Below, one piece after another: positions 13,551-26,019 of a stretch of DNA of 64,000 nucleotides (position 1 is its first letter; every line of letters begins with the position of its first letter). The position numbers and the translations under genes are program-made. The notes under the pieces were generated by a model, which made no database searches, was not told the DNA's origin, and worked only from the letters and a program-made list of their open reading frames with translations. This DNA comes from Octopus sinensis (taxonomy: Eukaryota). Location of the stretch: positions 88,226,001-88,290,000 of the forward strand of contig NC_042997.1 in the NCBI RefSeq assembly GCF_006345805.1, written 5' to 3'.

Positions 13551-14419
13551 ATTTTATTACCTCTCTTCTTTGCAATACATATCATATTCAATCTCCTTCA
13601 TACAGCAATTAGCAATAGTAGAACAAAGCTATTCATTCTCACTTTAATCATAATATTAGTGAAAGAGAAAGAAACAGTTATAATATGATTTCTTTTTTCT
13701 TTTTTTTTTTTCTTTGCTGCTTCTTTGGTAAGATTAATAACCTGTAGAGGTAGCAAACAAGTTGAAAATAGACAAGAAACAATAACGAAATATCTAAAAT
13801 TTCCGTGCCAGACACCAAAAGTGTATCCACATGTGATGCTACATGAAAGAAAATAAGCATGCAAAATAACATGTACATCAGTTACCTACACACACATACA
13901 CATGCCGTTTCATTTTTAAAGCAATACTTCTATATTTGGTGGTGATTTGGTGGAAATTTCGGTATTAATATACCTGACAGAAAATATTGTAATCCAAACA
14001 TGTTATCTTTTGTATTAATACATACATGCATGCATACATTCACACATACACACATGCAGACAAGTAGCAAGCACAAACATACATGCTCATGCTTAGTGCC
14101 ATCATCAGATTATGCAGGTGCAGAGAACTGTTTAAAGATACCTTTTTGAATGTTTTCTTCTACAATTATGCCGACACTTCCAGCTTGAATCAGTAACTGG
14201 TTTATTTCTTCTGTTACAAATAAAAGAAACACCTTTTACTTACCAACTTAGTATTATTCAAAATAGATTGCCAAATATAGCTTACGCCATGTAGAGTTTT
14301 ACTTTCATAAGCTTGACTGACATTGTAACAACACTAACACTGATACCAACACAGTCAGTACTACAACACCTGTAAATTATTTGGGACAAGTGATCTTATC
14401 ATTTCATTTGGTCTTTACA

Positions 14420-15150
14420 TTTAAATCAAGATTTACTCCAGTGTTATGAAAAAGTCCAAGATGACCCTTCTATAGGTTATATGAAGCAGCTAAGAAACAA
14501 ACTGGGGCAAAGTTCATTCAAACTTAAACTACTTTACAACAAAGCAACTTTGGTAGCAAGCAACTTTCTTTTTGCCAAAAAGTGGTTATCACACATAGCA
14601 ACTGTTATTAAAACTCTAATCAGTCCTCTTAAAATGCTGAAAACTAGCCAAAATCTACCCTAAAAGACAACAAAATAATGTAAACAAACCACTGCCACCG
14701 TCACTGAACTCTCTGTATTTTCACATGTAACTGATTCGATAGAGATGACTGTGGAATATATACAACTTAAGAATATTTTGAAATCACAGTTCATAAACAA
14801 TTATTCCAGTTTTTCTATGCTGTCATAGTGACAGGCTATTCTTAATGAGATTAAAGAAAAAGCCAACTATTTTTATGTTAAAAGTTGTTAATGTTGTTGG
14901 AGATCACATGGAATCATGTTATGTTAATAACTGGACAATTAATATCTTCATATACACAACTGCTCTTATTCTCGAAGAACACCTTGGAGAAACCTACAGT
15001 GCACATGATAATGAAATTACTAAATGGCAGTGGAACGGATGAAAAACAAAACTTGGAGAAAACATCAACAATATTGATGCTGCCATATTGGATAGTTAAC
15101 CACAATTATGAAATGTAAGGGGAATAATAAGTTCATACCTTGCTAATTAT
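14420..15150 (+). pseudogene. Possible decayed N-terminal region of an R4/Dong-type non-LTR retrotransposon
   Basis: DLLQCYEKVQDDPSIGYMKQLRNK..KATLVAS and WTINIFIYTTAL resemble, from memory, N-terminal segments of R4/Dong-like elements. Not verified. Confidence 0.3.
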
Positions 15151-15854
15151 ATCTTCTGCAGAAAATAACAAAACTCTACAACATCTCTTCATGCCAAACT
15201 CTTCAGAAAATGCTAATTACTTTAAAACACAAACTCCAGATGCTGGGCTAATAACTTTATCATCAAAGAAAGCTCATCATACCTCCATCTCTCATTGGTC
15301 ACACATCTGTCATTTATCTATATATCACTATGTCTTCTTTTCACACTCTACTAAGTTGCCAATGTGTTTAAGGATGGCTGTGGCTCCTTCCTCCTTGCTG
15401 TATTATGCTTCCAGTATAACTAGGGAGTGATCTTCCTAACACTCAACTCCTTCTTCTGGCAAATGGATACTTTAGTCTTGCCAGTAACATGGAAACATCT
15501 CTAGTGCACATGCCATGATAAAATGTACTTAGTACACTCTGTAAATTGGTTGATGTTAGAAAAGGCTTCCAACCATAGAAACCAAGCCAAAAACAAAATG
15601 TATGAGTGAAATGTTATCTTCCCACCTGTCAAAGAGAGCAATATCTCAAATAAGAACTGTCACAGACTATGACAATCTATCCAATCTATGCCTGCATGGA
15701 AAGCAAGTATAAAGCAATGATCATGATAATTGTATATATACTGGCATATATATTAGCATACATGTGTGTGTGTGCACACAGAAGTTAGTGTTTGTATGTG
15801 GAGGATGCACAGGATCGTTAAAAACTATACAGACTCAGGAAATTGATTTTTCAA

Positions 15855-16870
15855 ATACCTTGGTGGCTCATTAGAAGTATTAGATAATTTCTACAATTAG
15901 TATTGGAGGGGGAATGCATGGAGAGTGTGATAGCTAGAATAATAATAGGACGGTGGAAACTCAAAGGACTGTTTGTTACTTTTGATGGCTTTGAATGGTT
16001 TCTCTCTCCAAGTGAAAGGAAGATTATATGTTGCATGTATACAAACAGTGATTCTGTATAGTAGTGAGACATGGGTCCTGAATGCAGAGGACATGCAAAG
16101 GTTATAGAGGAATGAGGCTAGTATGCTCTACTGGATGTGTAACGTAAGTGTACATATTCACCAGAGTGCTAGTGCTTTCAGAGAGAAGTTAGACATAAGA
16201 GGAATTAGTTGTTGCATACGAGAGAGAAGACTGCACTGGTTTAGTCATGTGATGCAGATGGATGCTGACAGTTCCATAAAGAAGTGCCAATCTCTCAAAG
16301 TGAATAGAAAACATGGGATGAAGTGCTGAAGAATGATCTCAAGGTGCTGAACCTTTCAGGCAAGATGACAAAGGACTGAGATGCCTGACACCTTGTTGTA
16401 CTCAAGAAGACCTATGCTCCACAGCAGAACTGTTAAGACCAAGCACACCCCCACACCCCAGTGGTGAAGATTGACCTGCAAGAGTCTTGTGCTGCTGCCA
16501 CATAGAAAGCATCCATGTGGTGCCATGCAAAAGTGCCCATGCAGTGCCATGTAAAAGCACCTGTGGAGTGCCTCATAAAAACATTTGGGTGGTGCCACAA
16601 AAAAGCACTCAGCACACTCTATAAAGTGATTGGCATTTGGAAGGGCGTCCAGTCATAGAAACCATGCCAAATCTACAAAGAGTTCAAGATGTAACAAGTT
16701 TTAAAGGTACCTGTGCCAGTGACATGTAAGTGGAACCCACAACACTCTTGGAGTGGTTAGCATTAGGAAGGGCATCCGGCCGTAGACTGCAACCTGGTAC
16801 AACTCTCCAGCCTACCAGCTCCAGTCAAACCATATAACCCATGCTAGCATGGAAAGCGTGATGATGATAA
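15855..16870 (+). pseudogene. 5'-truncated RTE LINE 3' end with tandem 3'-UTR repeats and doubled tail
   Basis: MLYWMCNVSVH..REKLDIRGISCCIRERRLHWFSHVM, from the same family as 57962-59512. It has ~24-bp GTGCCA.GTAAAAGCACC units at 16480-16620 and ends GCATGGAAAGCGTGATGATGAT. Confidence 0.85.
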
Positions 16871-18454
16871 TAACTGTAAATTCACAAAGTTCCAACATTT
16901 AATGCAATAAGTATATCAAAGATGGTATTTGTGTCATCCTTAATATTATACTTGTGTTATACTTGTGTCACCAAAGATGGTGGTGGTTATAAAATTGTGA
17001 TATGCACAGATGATGTTCAGTTGTATTTTGATAGTTGCAAACACAACTCTTGCAATTTATTCAAAGTATGTTTGATAAGCATGAAGGAGTTAATGTTGAT
17101 ACAAAAGATGAATGAGATGAATGGACATAGTGACATGTATTCTTTTACCTGTCAAGTGTGATTTAACAAGTCAAGCAAAACCACTGGAGCAGTAAATTAA
17201 GCTCACAAACTGAGTTTCTGTTCCAAAATTCAATATGGGTTGTGATTATTGAACAACAGCCAACGAGAGGTCAAGGGAAATGGTCAGTCAATGACAAGCT
17301 GAAAGCAGTCATACTTTGTGTCACTCCTTTCAACAAAAGTCTTTGTTAAGTTAATGCCATCACCACAATTAATTTCAAAGCACAATGGGACACATCTGGC
17401 TGGTGACATCATAGAAGATACTCAGTTGCTACACATGTATATATGTATATTTGTTTGTTTATTTATATAGATGTTTGTGGGGTGGGGGCTGGACAGGATC
17501 AGATGGGATGAAGGACTACATCATGCTCCACTCTTTACTTCAGCATAGTTCTTGTAGGTAAATGACATTCCTAACACCAAGCATATACTTAATTGCTTAC
17601 TTTCATGCCACCAGCGCTATTAAGGGGACCTTGCAGTTTGCAAGACTACAAACACCAAGAGAGGTGACTTTATGATAAGACATGAGGGTTTAAAGTATAA
17701 GTGAAAAGGGCAGAGCTGTAATGGGCTACATGGCTACTCACATTTTAGAAGAGAGAGTGGGGGTGGTTAGAGTGGAGAGGCAAAGTAATAAAACAGTGGT
17801 GATGTGGTGGCTGTGTGTACCCCTCAAGGTACAATGTGAGTAGAAGTGAGTGGGTATGTAGGTAAGTAGAAATTGCAAGAGTGTATGAGAGAGAAGGAAT
17901 GAGTATAATGAAGGAAGACCAAGGGTTGAATGGATAAGTTTGGGAGGTAGGGAAGAGTAGGTGAGAACTGTAGAGATTGGATAGGATTGAGGAGTGATGT
18001 AGTGAATCATGGATATTGGGCTTGAGGATGAAGATTAGAAGAATAGTAATGATGATACAGTAGACAGGGGAAGGATGAGAGTGAGAGACAGGTGATGTTG
18101 ATGAGTGGTGGGGTACATTGTGAGAGTATTGGGGAAAAAGAAAGAGGTAGTCATTCATAGAGAGAGTAAGAGATTTATGATGGTGGAGAAGGTGGGATGA
18201 TTTGGTGGCTTGGGAATGAGGATGAAGAGTCAATATAAAATGTTGATGGAGAGGACAGAGATGTATATGAAGTGAAATAGCCCTGGGTAGTGAGAAAGAT
18301 TAAGGGTATTAAGGAAAAACTGCAGTTAGAGAAATGAAGGGTGGTGGGGATGTCTTGAGGGAGAAATTAGCCAAAGTTCCCCAGTTGTCATATATATAAT
18401 ATATACACACACAATGCTTCCAGAACTTGGTTTCATTTACTTGAGTGGATCTTA

Positions 18455-19736
18455 CGAGGGGCGTTCAATAAGTAATGTCCCTGACCCACTTCCCATAGCA
18501 GTAGAGCAACGAAACTTGGCACAGTTATTAGTATTTTTCTACATAGGAACCACCCAGAGTTACGCATTTCTCCCATTGTTTGATGCAGCTCTGAAGACCG
18601 TTTTTGTAGAAGACACCAGCTTGGTCCTCCAACCACGACGTAACTTCAGAAATCAAGGCTGCATCATCTGGGAAACGCTTTCCTTTCAAAAACAATTTCA
18701 TGGCTGGGAAGACGTGAAAATCAGAGGGTGCAAGATCAGGAGAGTAGGGGGATGGGGGAAGAGTTCATAGCCGCAAGCCTGTGCTTCTGATCTGGCGACA
18801 TGCGAGTTGTGAACCGGAGCGTTGTCCTGCAAGAGGAGGATGCCTTTGTTGATCTTGCCCCGCCTCTTGATTTTGATAGCTTCTCTTAATTTCCTCAAAA
18901 GTGAAGCATAATAGGCTCCTGTAATTGTGGCACCCTTTGCCAGGAAATCTGTCATCACTACTCCGTCCTGGTCCCAGAAGACTGTGAGCATGACCTTGCC
19001 AGCAGCGGGCTGCACCCTTGCCTTTTTTGGAGGAGGTGAGTCACGGTGTGTCCACTGCATTGACTGGGCTTTGGTCTCTGGATCATAGTGATGGACCCAG
19101 GTCTCATCCTGTGTAATCAGTCTTTTGAAAAATTTTTACTCATATTCTTGGCACATCTCCAAATTCATCCTTGAGCAATCGATGCGTTCTTGCTTCTGGA
19201 AAGATGTGAGCAGCCTGGGAATCCATCTGGCAGACACCTTTTGCATATGCAAATGGTCATGAATGATAGTTTCCACAGACCCAGTACTAATCTTGACCTC
19301 ATGGGCTATTTGGCGAATAGTTATGCGTTGATCTTCCGAAATGGTAGCCTCAACTTGACGACAGATGCTTCATCAATGGCAGAAGGGGGCGACCAGATCT
19401 GGGAGCTGTTTCCACAGAGTTCCGACCGTGTTTGAATTCACGATGCCAGCGTTTTACAAGGTCATATGATGGGGCATCATCACCATAAGTTACTTTCATT
19501 TCATCAAAAGTCTCCCGTGGTGTGTGTCCTTTCAAATACAAAAACTGGATTACTGCTCGACACTCAACAGGCTCCATTTCACACTTGACTCAGTTCAAAC
19601 ACCTGTAAATCAGAAACCACAATTAGTTTAGAGCTGTAATTTGCCACTTAATCTATAAATAATTGCACATGCAAAATTTCAGCTAGATCAAATAAGTGCA
19701 AGTGGGCCAGGGGCATTACTTATTGAACGCCCCTCG
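18455..19736 (-). mobile_element. Full-length mariner (DD34D) DNA transposon, 1282 bp, with TA target duplication
   Basis: TA at 18453-54 and 19737-38. The TIRs CGAGGGGCGTTCAATAAGTAATG(T/C)CCCTG(A/G)CCCACTT match at 35 of 37 positions. Confidence 0.97.
18528..19577 (-). pseudogene. Disrupted mariner transposase
   Basis: Motifs MEPVECRAVIQFL.., SGRP, WIPRLL, ITQDETWVHHYDPE, LLQDNAPVH and HPPYSPDLAPSD (D34D spacing after frameshift correction). Disruptions are single-base losses near 19355-19385, an in-frame TAA near 19138 and a frameshift near 18735. Confidence 0.93.
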
Positions 19737-20203
19737 TATCATTAAACCACACATTGCCAGTTATCCCAGTTCTTTAATATCTCCTCTGTAAGGTTCATTT
19801 ATGTTTCATCGTTTAATGTCCATTTTTCATGCTGGGATGGGTTAGACTAAATGTAGATGATGGTAGCACCATTGAGAGAGTGACAGGAAACAATGAACTG
19901 CAGTGATGGTGGTAGAGCTAGTAAAAGATAGTTAAGGAAAGCTGAAAGTGACTGGGTGAGAGGATATAAATGTGGAAAGAAGTAGAAAAAGAAGAATATT
20001 GGGAAAGATATGGGTAGCAGTGATGAAGGAAAAAATGAGGGCAAGCAGGTTAATGAGGGAGTTAGTAGAAGATAAGACCAACTTTTGCTTTAGCTGAGAA
20101 AATGACCTTAAAACACTTTGCTGTTGTGGTTGTTGTTGTGTGTTTGTTTATGCATTGCCAGATATAATATTATATATATATAATATAGTTAATATATTAG
20201 ATA

Positions 20204-20242
<39 letters not shown>

Positions 20243-20429
20243 ACACACACGTCTTAGAGATAGCATTTTGGCACATATATACCATTTACAGAGACCATAT
20301 TAGTATGAGTAGGTATATAATTATGATTTCTAAAAACACACACTGTCTTAGAGATAGCATTTTGGCACATATATACCATTTACAGAGACCATATTAGTAT
20401 GAGTATGTATATAATTATGATTTCTGAAA
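20243..20429. repeat. Two-copy 94-bp tandem duplication
   Basis: GTCTTAGAGATAGCATTTTGGCACATATATACCATTTACAGAGACC occurs at 20251 and 20345; the copies are near-identical. Confidence 0.95.
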
Positions 20430-20907
20430 AATGTGCTCTATACATATATGTAAGTAGAAATAATGACTCATTAAAAAGTATATTTATAATATTCTCTCTT
20501 CTCTATAAGAATCATGATTATGTTATATTTAGTATCATCATCATATAACGTCTATTGTCCATGCTGGCATGGGTTGGACGGTTTGACCATGTCTTAAAAA
20601 AAAGGTGGTGAAGAGTGATTTGGAATGTTGCATCTTGAAGTACACATAAAACTATAAATATTAGAATATCAGTATTGGGGTGAAAACCCCTTTTGGATAG
20701 AAAAAGTCAAAGGCTGCCTTTGAATTTTTCTGTCCAAAAAGGTTTTCAAACAATATTTACATGCTACTGCCTATAGCTTTACGTGTGCTTTAAAATCCAA
20801 TGTTAAATAAAAAAAAAAAAAACAACAATTATTTCACATTCTCTTAAAAGTTTAAAATTAGTAATCTTAAATCCATACAGAAGCTCATGCAGAAACTCCA
20901 GCCAGGA

Positions 20908-21046
20908 TAATGATTTTTAATTTAGGTACAAGGCCAGCAATTTTTGAAAGGAGAGGGACTAGTAAGTTACACTGCCTCCTTCACCTTCCCAATTCTTAAC
21001 TGGTACATTATTTTATCAACCACAGCGGGATGAAAAACAAAGTTGT
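20908..21046 (-). mobile_element. SINE family A copy (3' part)
   Basis: TTTAGGTACAAGGCCAGCAATTTT..AACTGGTAC..TTTTATCAACC is the reverse complement of the family A 3' end. Confidence 0.65.
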
Positions 21047-21241
21047 CTTATGTGGGGTTTATGCATATATGCAAAACTGATGCACATCCTCCAAATCCAG
21101 TTTATTAGTGGAACAGTGAAAATTTCTAAGACATTCCAAAGATTCTCCATCTGAGATTCTTTTAATGAAAATATGCATACACTTAGTTTTGTGCATCTAC
21201 AAGGACACACATCTGCAAGTAATGATGCACACACACACACA

Positions 21242-21293
<52 letters not shown>

Positions 21294-21869
21294 AAGACAC
21301 AAGCACTAAAGAGACATTCGCAACGAACATAAATGCAAGTGCATGCACCTACATATGTGCACATATCAACCCAACCACTTTTTGAAAACTCTGGAAAATT
21401 TGTTTACTCAAAAAGTCTTGTTGCTTTGTTAGAAACCAGTTTGAACTACATTAAGAAGTTAAATCTTAAAGAAAATCATGAACATGCATGCATACTTATA
21501 TGCATTCAGAATGAGAGAGAGAGAGGCAGACAGACAGATGTGTGTGTTTGCATAATTCTTAATGATGTGAACATTTTACTTAAAAGTCTCTTTTTGATTT
21601 ATTAATTAGTTGAAAGAAAAATACTTAAATATTTAATCTTAATGTACTTTTAAGGCACTACATTAATCACCAACGTTGATTAAATACCACTAAACAAAGA
21701 AAATGATTTCTTCAATCTTCTGCAACATCAGTATAAAGAAAAGTCAAGTGAAGTGTATTTATCACATATTCAACATCGATTTTGACCTTCATATCTAGTA
21801 TAAACCTAAGTACGACTTAATATAAACCAATAAAATACATTCGTTTTTTTTACTTTATTTTTTTTAATT

Positions 21870-22345
21870 TATATATCTATTAATATATAATATATATATA
21901 TATATATATTTATATTAAATATATATATAAATACTATATAATCATATCAATATCTATATTAATCATATATATATATTATATAATATATATTTAATATATA
22001 TATATATATATTTATATATATTATATATCTAATATTTTATATATAATATATATATAATATAATATATATATAATATATTTATATATATTATATATATTCT
22101 ATAATATATATTTATTATTAATATATATATATATATGAGATATATATATATATATTTATATATATATATAATATATATTATATATATTTTATATATATAT
22201 ATATATTTATATATTATATATATTTATAATATATCATATATATATATATATATATTTAAGATATATATATATATATATCAGTTAATATAGATATATATAT
22301 TTATAGATATATACTATTTATATATTATATATATATGAATATAAA

Positions 22346-22389
<44 letters not shown>

Positions 22390-22498
22390 ATATATTATAT
22401 ATTTTATATCTATATTATAATAATATTTTATATATCATTTATTCATATATAATTTATATATATATAATAATTATATATTCTATATATATATTTCTATA

Positions 22499-22536
<38 letters not shown>

Positions 22537-22616
22537 TATTTTATATATATTATATATTTATATATTATAATATTATATTATATATATATTATATATATAT
22601 ATAAGATATATCTATA

Positions 22617-22682
<66 letters not shown>

Positions 22683-22705
22683 ATATATAATTATATATAT
22701 ATATT

Positions 22706-22748
<43 letters not shown>

Positions 22749-22897
22749 ATATAATATATATTTATATATATATATATATATAAGATATATATTATATATA
22801 ATATATATAGATAATTTATTATATATTATATATATATATATATAGTATATATATATATATATATAGATATTATATAATATTTTATTATATATAGATA

Positions 22898-22936
<39 letters not shown>

Positions 22937-24100
22937 CTATATATATAGATATAATATATTATATATTATATATCTATATATATCTAATATAATATATATA
23001 TATTTTATATATATATTTATATATATTTATATATTTTATATATATTTATATAATTTATATATTTTATATTATTTATATATTTATAATTATATATATTTAT
23101 ATAATTTTATATATATATATATATTATATATATCTATATATTTATATATATACTTTATATATAATTTATATATTTATATATATTTATTATATAATTTATA
23201 TATATAATATATATATATATATATTATTTATATATATATATATATATTATATATTTATATATATTATCTATATATTATTATATATTTATATATATATTTA
23301 TATAATATATATATATATATATATATATTAAATTATATTTTATATATATATTTTATATATATTTATATTTATATAATATATAATATATATTTATTTTATA
23401 TATATATTTATCTATATATTATCTATATATTTTTATATATATATTTATATATATATATTTATATAATAATATTTATATATATATATATTTATATAGATAT
23501 TTATATATATTATATATTATATATATTTTATATATTTATTATTTTGATATATATATATATATTTATATATTTTATATATATATATATATTTATTATATTT
23601 ATCTATATATATATTTATATATATATATATTATTATATATTTATAATATATTTATATATATTTATATATATATATATATTTTTATATATATATATCTATT
23701 TATATATATATATATATTTATATATCTTTATTATAATTATAAATATCTATTTATATATATATATATATATATTATTATATATATTATATTTATATATATA
23801 TATATATTATATCTATTATATATATATATATATTTATATATATTTTATATATATATATAGATTTATATATATATATATATATTTTAATATATATTTATTA
23901 TATATATATATTTATATATATATTATATATATATTTATATATATATATATAATTTAATATATTATATATATATATATATATTTATATATAATATATATTT
24001 ATATATATTTATATATATATAATATATTTATATATATTTCTATATCTATTTATATATATATAATATATATAATATTTTTATATATAAATATATCTATATA
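21870..24100. repeat. Very large degenerate (TA)n array (~2.2 kb)
   Basis: Almost pure A/T with only scattered C/G. Confidence 0.98.
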
Positions 24101-24193
24101 TAGAAGGAGCTTCTACAGGACTAGAACTGTTTCATTCAAGATGATTTCTCTTGAATGAAACAGTTCTAGTCCTGTAGAAGCTCCTTCTATATA
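24097..24193. repeat. Perfect 45-bp inverted repeat with 7-nt loop
   Basis: 24097-24141 TATATAGAAGGAGCTTCTACAGGACTAGAACTGTTTCATTCAAGA is the exact reverse complement of 24149-24193; the loop is TGATTTC. Confidence 0.98.
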
Positions 24194-24280
24194 ATAAATT
24201 AATTTTACTCTGCTATGTATTGAGTACCTTATTTACTGCGGTTAACCCCGAATCAACCCGGGACCTACATATATATATAT

Positions 24281-24311
<31 letters not shown>

Positions 24312-24404
24312 ATCATACACAGTTTTATGAGTGGAATTCTTAATATTGTAAAAGGAGGAAAGGGGGAGTTAAAAAATTATGAACATTATTAGTACAGGTA
24401 TGGC

Positions 24405-24890
24405 TGTCTGGTAAAGAAGTTTGTTTTTAGCTAGTATAATCCCAGGTTCAGTCTCCCTGTGCAGCATATTGGGCAAGTGTCTCTCAATCCCAGGTTCAGT
24501 CTCCCTGTGCAGCATATTGGGCAAGTGTCTTCTCTCTTGCTCTCAGAGGAACAAAGATTTGTAAATGAAATTTGACAATTTGACAGTAAAAAATTTTGTG
24601 AAAGTCTGTGTATGTGTGTGTTTATTGTTTGCAAATGTCTTAGCAAAGAAATTCTGCTGTTTGCGTATAATACAAGCATGGGATGCCAAGTGCTTATGAA
24701 AATACCTTTTGATATTTCAATCCATGTATGTTACTTCTTTTACAGTCAGATTACTTTATCTTTCTTCCACAAAAATCAAATAAGTGTCAGAGAAATTACT
24801 GGCATTACTATAAGTGTTTAACACTCTTGAAACATGGTGTCTTAGCATGGCCACAGCCCAGTAACAGAAACCAATGAAAGAATATTTATT
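24405..24890 (+). mobile_element. Family B SINE with internal 48-bp tandem duplication (24438-24533)
   Basis: Head GGTATGGCTGTCTGGTAAAGAAG (A-box-like), AATCCCAGGTTCAGTCTCCCTGTGCAGCATATTGGGCAAGTGTCT twice, and 3' end GGTGTCTTAGCATGGCCACAG..GAAAC. Confidence 0.75.
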
Positions 24891-25397
24891 ATTATATATC
24901 TGATTCATCTAGAGGTAAAATTATGGAATAGATAAAGTTTGGGGTCACCTACTCTTGGCACTTAAGTTCAGATAGGATTCTGGCTGTAATACTATTTAAA
25001 TTTATAACAATTAGCTGGACTCAAGGATATTCCATGGAATAAGCAATCTGTACAACTTTATTATTATATTTTGTGTTTAAAAAATAATTCTTGCTGCTAT
25101 AAAATAGATTGCAATGAATGCATTATTGCTGTAAGATAAATTCTGATTGTACTTTTTGGTGAAAAATTATTCATGATAAAACTTCACTGTGGCTAGTTTC
25201 TACTCAAACATCATCCTTGTCATTAATGACTGGAGTGGATCAAATGAAAAGCAGCAGTTGTCTTAGTTTATTAAATATGAGGCTAAGGATAGACGCGTGG
25301 CCCGGTGAAAGCTGTACAGGCCATGTATAGAGACATTGACAGTAAGGTGAAAGTTAACCATGGTTGGGGACTAATGAATTACATTGGCTCCACTGTT

Positions 25398-25546
25398 TCA
25401 CTGGTACTTAATTTATCAACCCCGAAAGAATGAAAGGCAAAGTCAACCTTGGCAGAATTTGAACTTGAAATTGAACTTGAAAAATGGATGAAAAACTGCT
25501 AAGCATTTTCCCCAGCATGCTACTGATTCTGCCAGTTTGCCACCTT
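25398..25546 (-). mobile_element. Well-preserved SINE family A copy
   Basis: Reverse complement GGTGGCAAACTGGCAGAATCAGTAGCATGCTGGGGAAAATGCTTAGCAG..AAGTTCAAATTCTGCCAAGGTTGACTTTGCCTTTCATTCTTTCGGGGTTGATAAATTAAGTACCAG, with pol III A- and B-box-like motifs. Confidence 0.8.
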
Positions 25547-25888
25547 ACTGTGATATGTCATAATAAAATCCATTATAGTCATCCAAGCAAAGCTACCAAT
25601 ATAAAAGCTAAGTAGAAAAACATGCGCAAACTAATGACTTATAAATGCAATAAATTATAAAATCAAACTTTCCTTAAAGTTCATTTAATAGTCATTAAAT
25701 CGCTCTTTATATGTGTACTGGACTGATAGGCCTTTGCCTCTAATTCTTGTGGTACTGCAAGAGCAGTGGCAAACAGACAGAGTGTGACACATATGCTAAC
25801 TTTTTAATAGTGACAAGGAGAATTATATGATGTATTAGAAGACATTTTTAACATAAAAAGAGAAGAAACAAAAAAATAAATGCAAAAA

Positions 25889-25937
<49 letters not shown>
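25889..25937. repeat. (TAG)n microsatellite
   Basis: Directly visible. Confidence 0.95.
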
Positions 25938-25938
<1 letters not shown>

Positions 25939-26019
25939 TCAGTAGCAGCAGTTTCTAACTGAAATACAGTTGAAACTAACAGAATATGAATGTTAAACTC
26001 CTATGACTGGCCAATGTAA

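Noticed and set aside
16480-16620. Short spaced repeats superficially like a CRISPR array
   Set aside because: Degenerate ~24-bp tandem units in an RTE 3' UTR, with no unique spacers or cas genes, in eukaryotic DNA.
17700-18390. 162-aa His/Ser/Leu-rich minus-strand ORF (17745-18233); similar at 50854-51339
   Set aside because: Low-complexity G/A/T-rich degenerate repeat with no splice signals or motifs.
18414-18770. 118-aa + strand ORF (also 19190-19435 and 56724-57203)
   Set aside because: Antisense shadows of mariner transposase coding sequence.
21870-24100. ORFs 22335-22604 and 23544-23957 (Ile/Tyr-rich)
   Set aside because: Translations of the (TA)n array, not genes.
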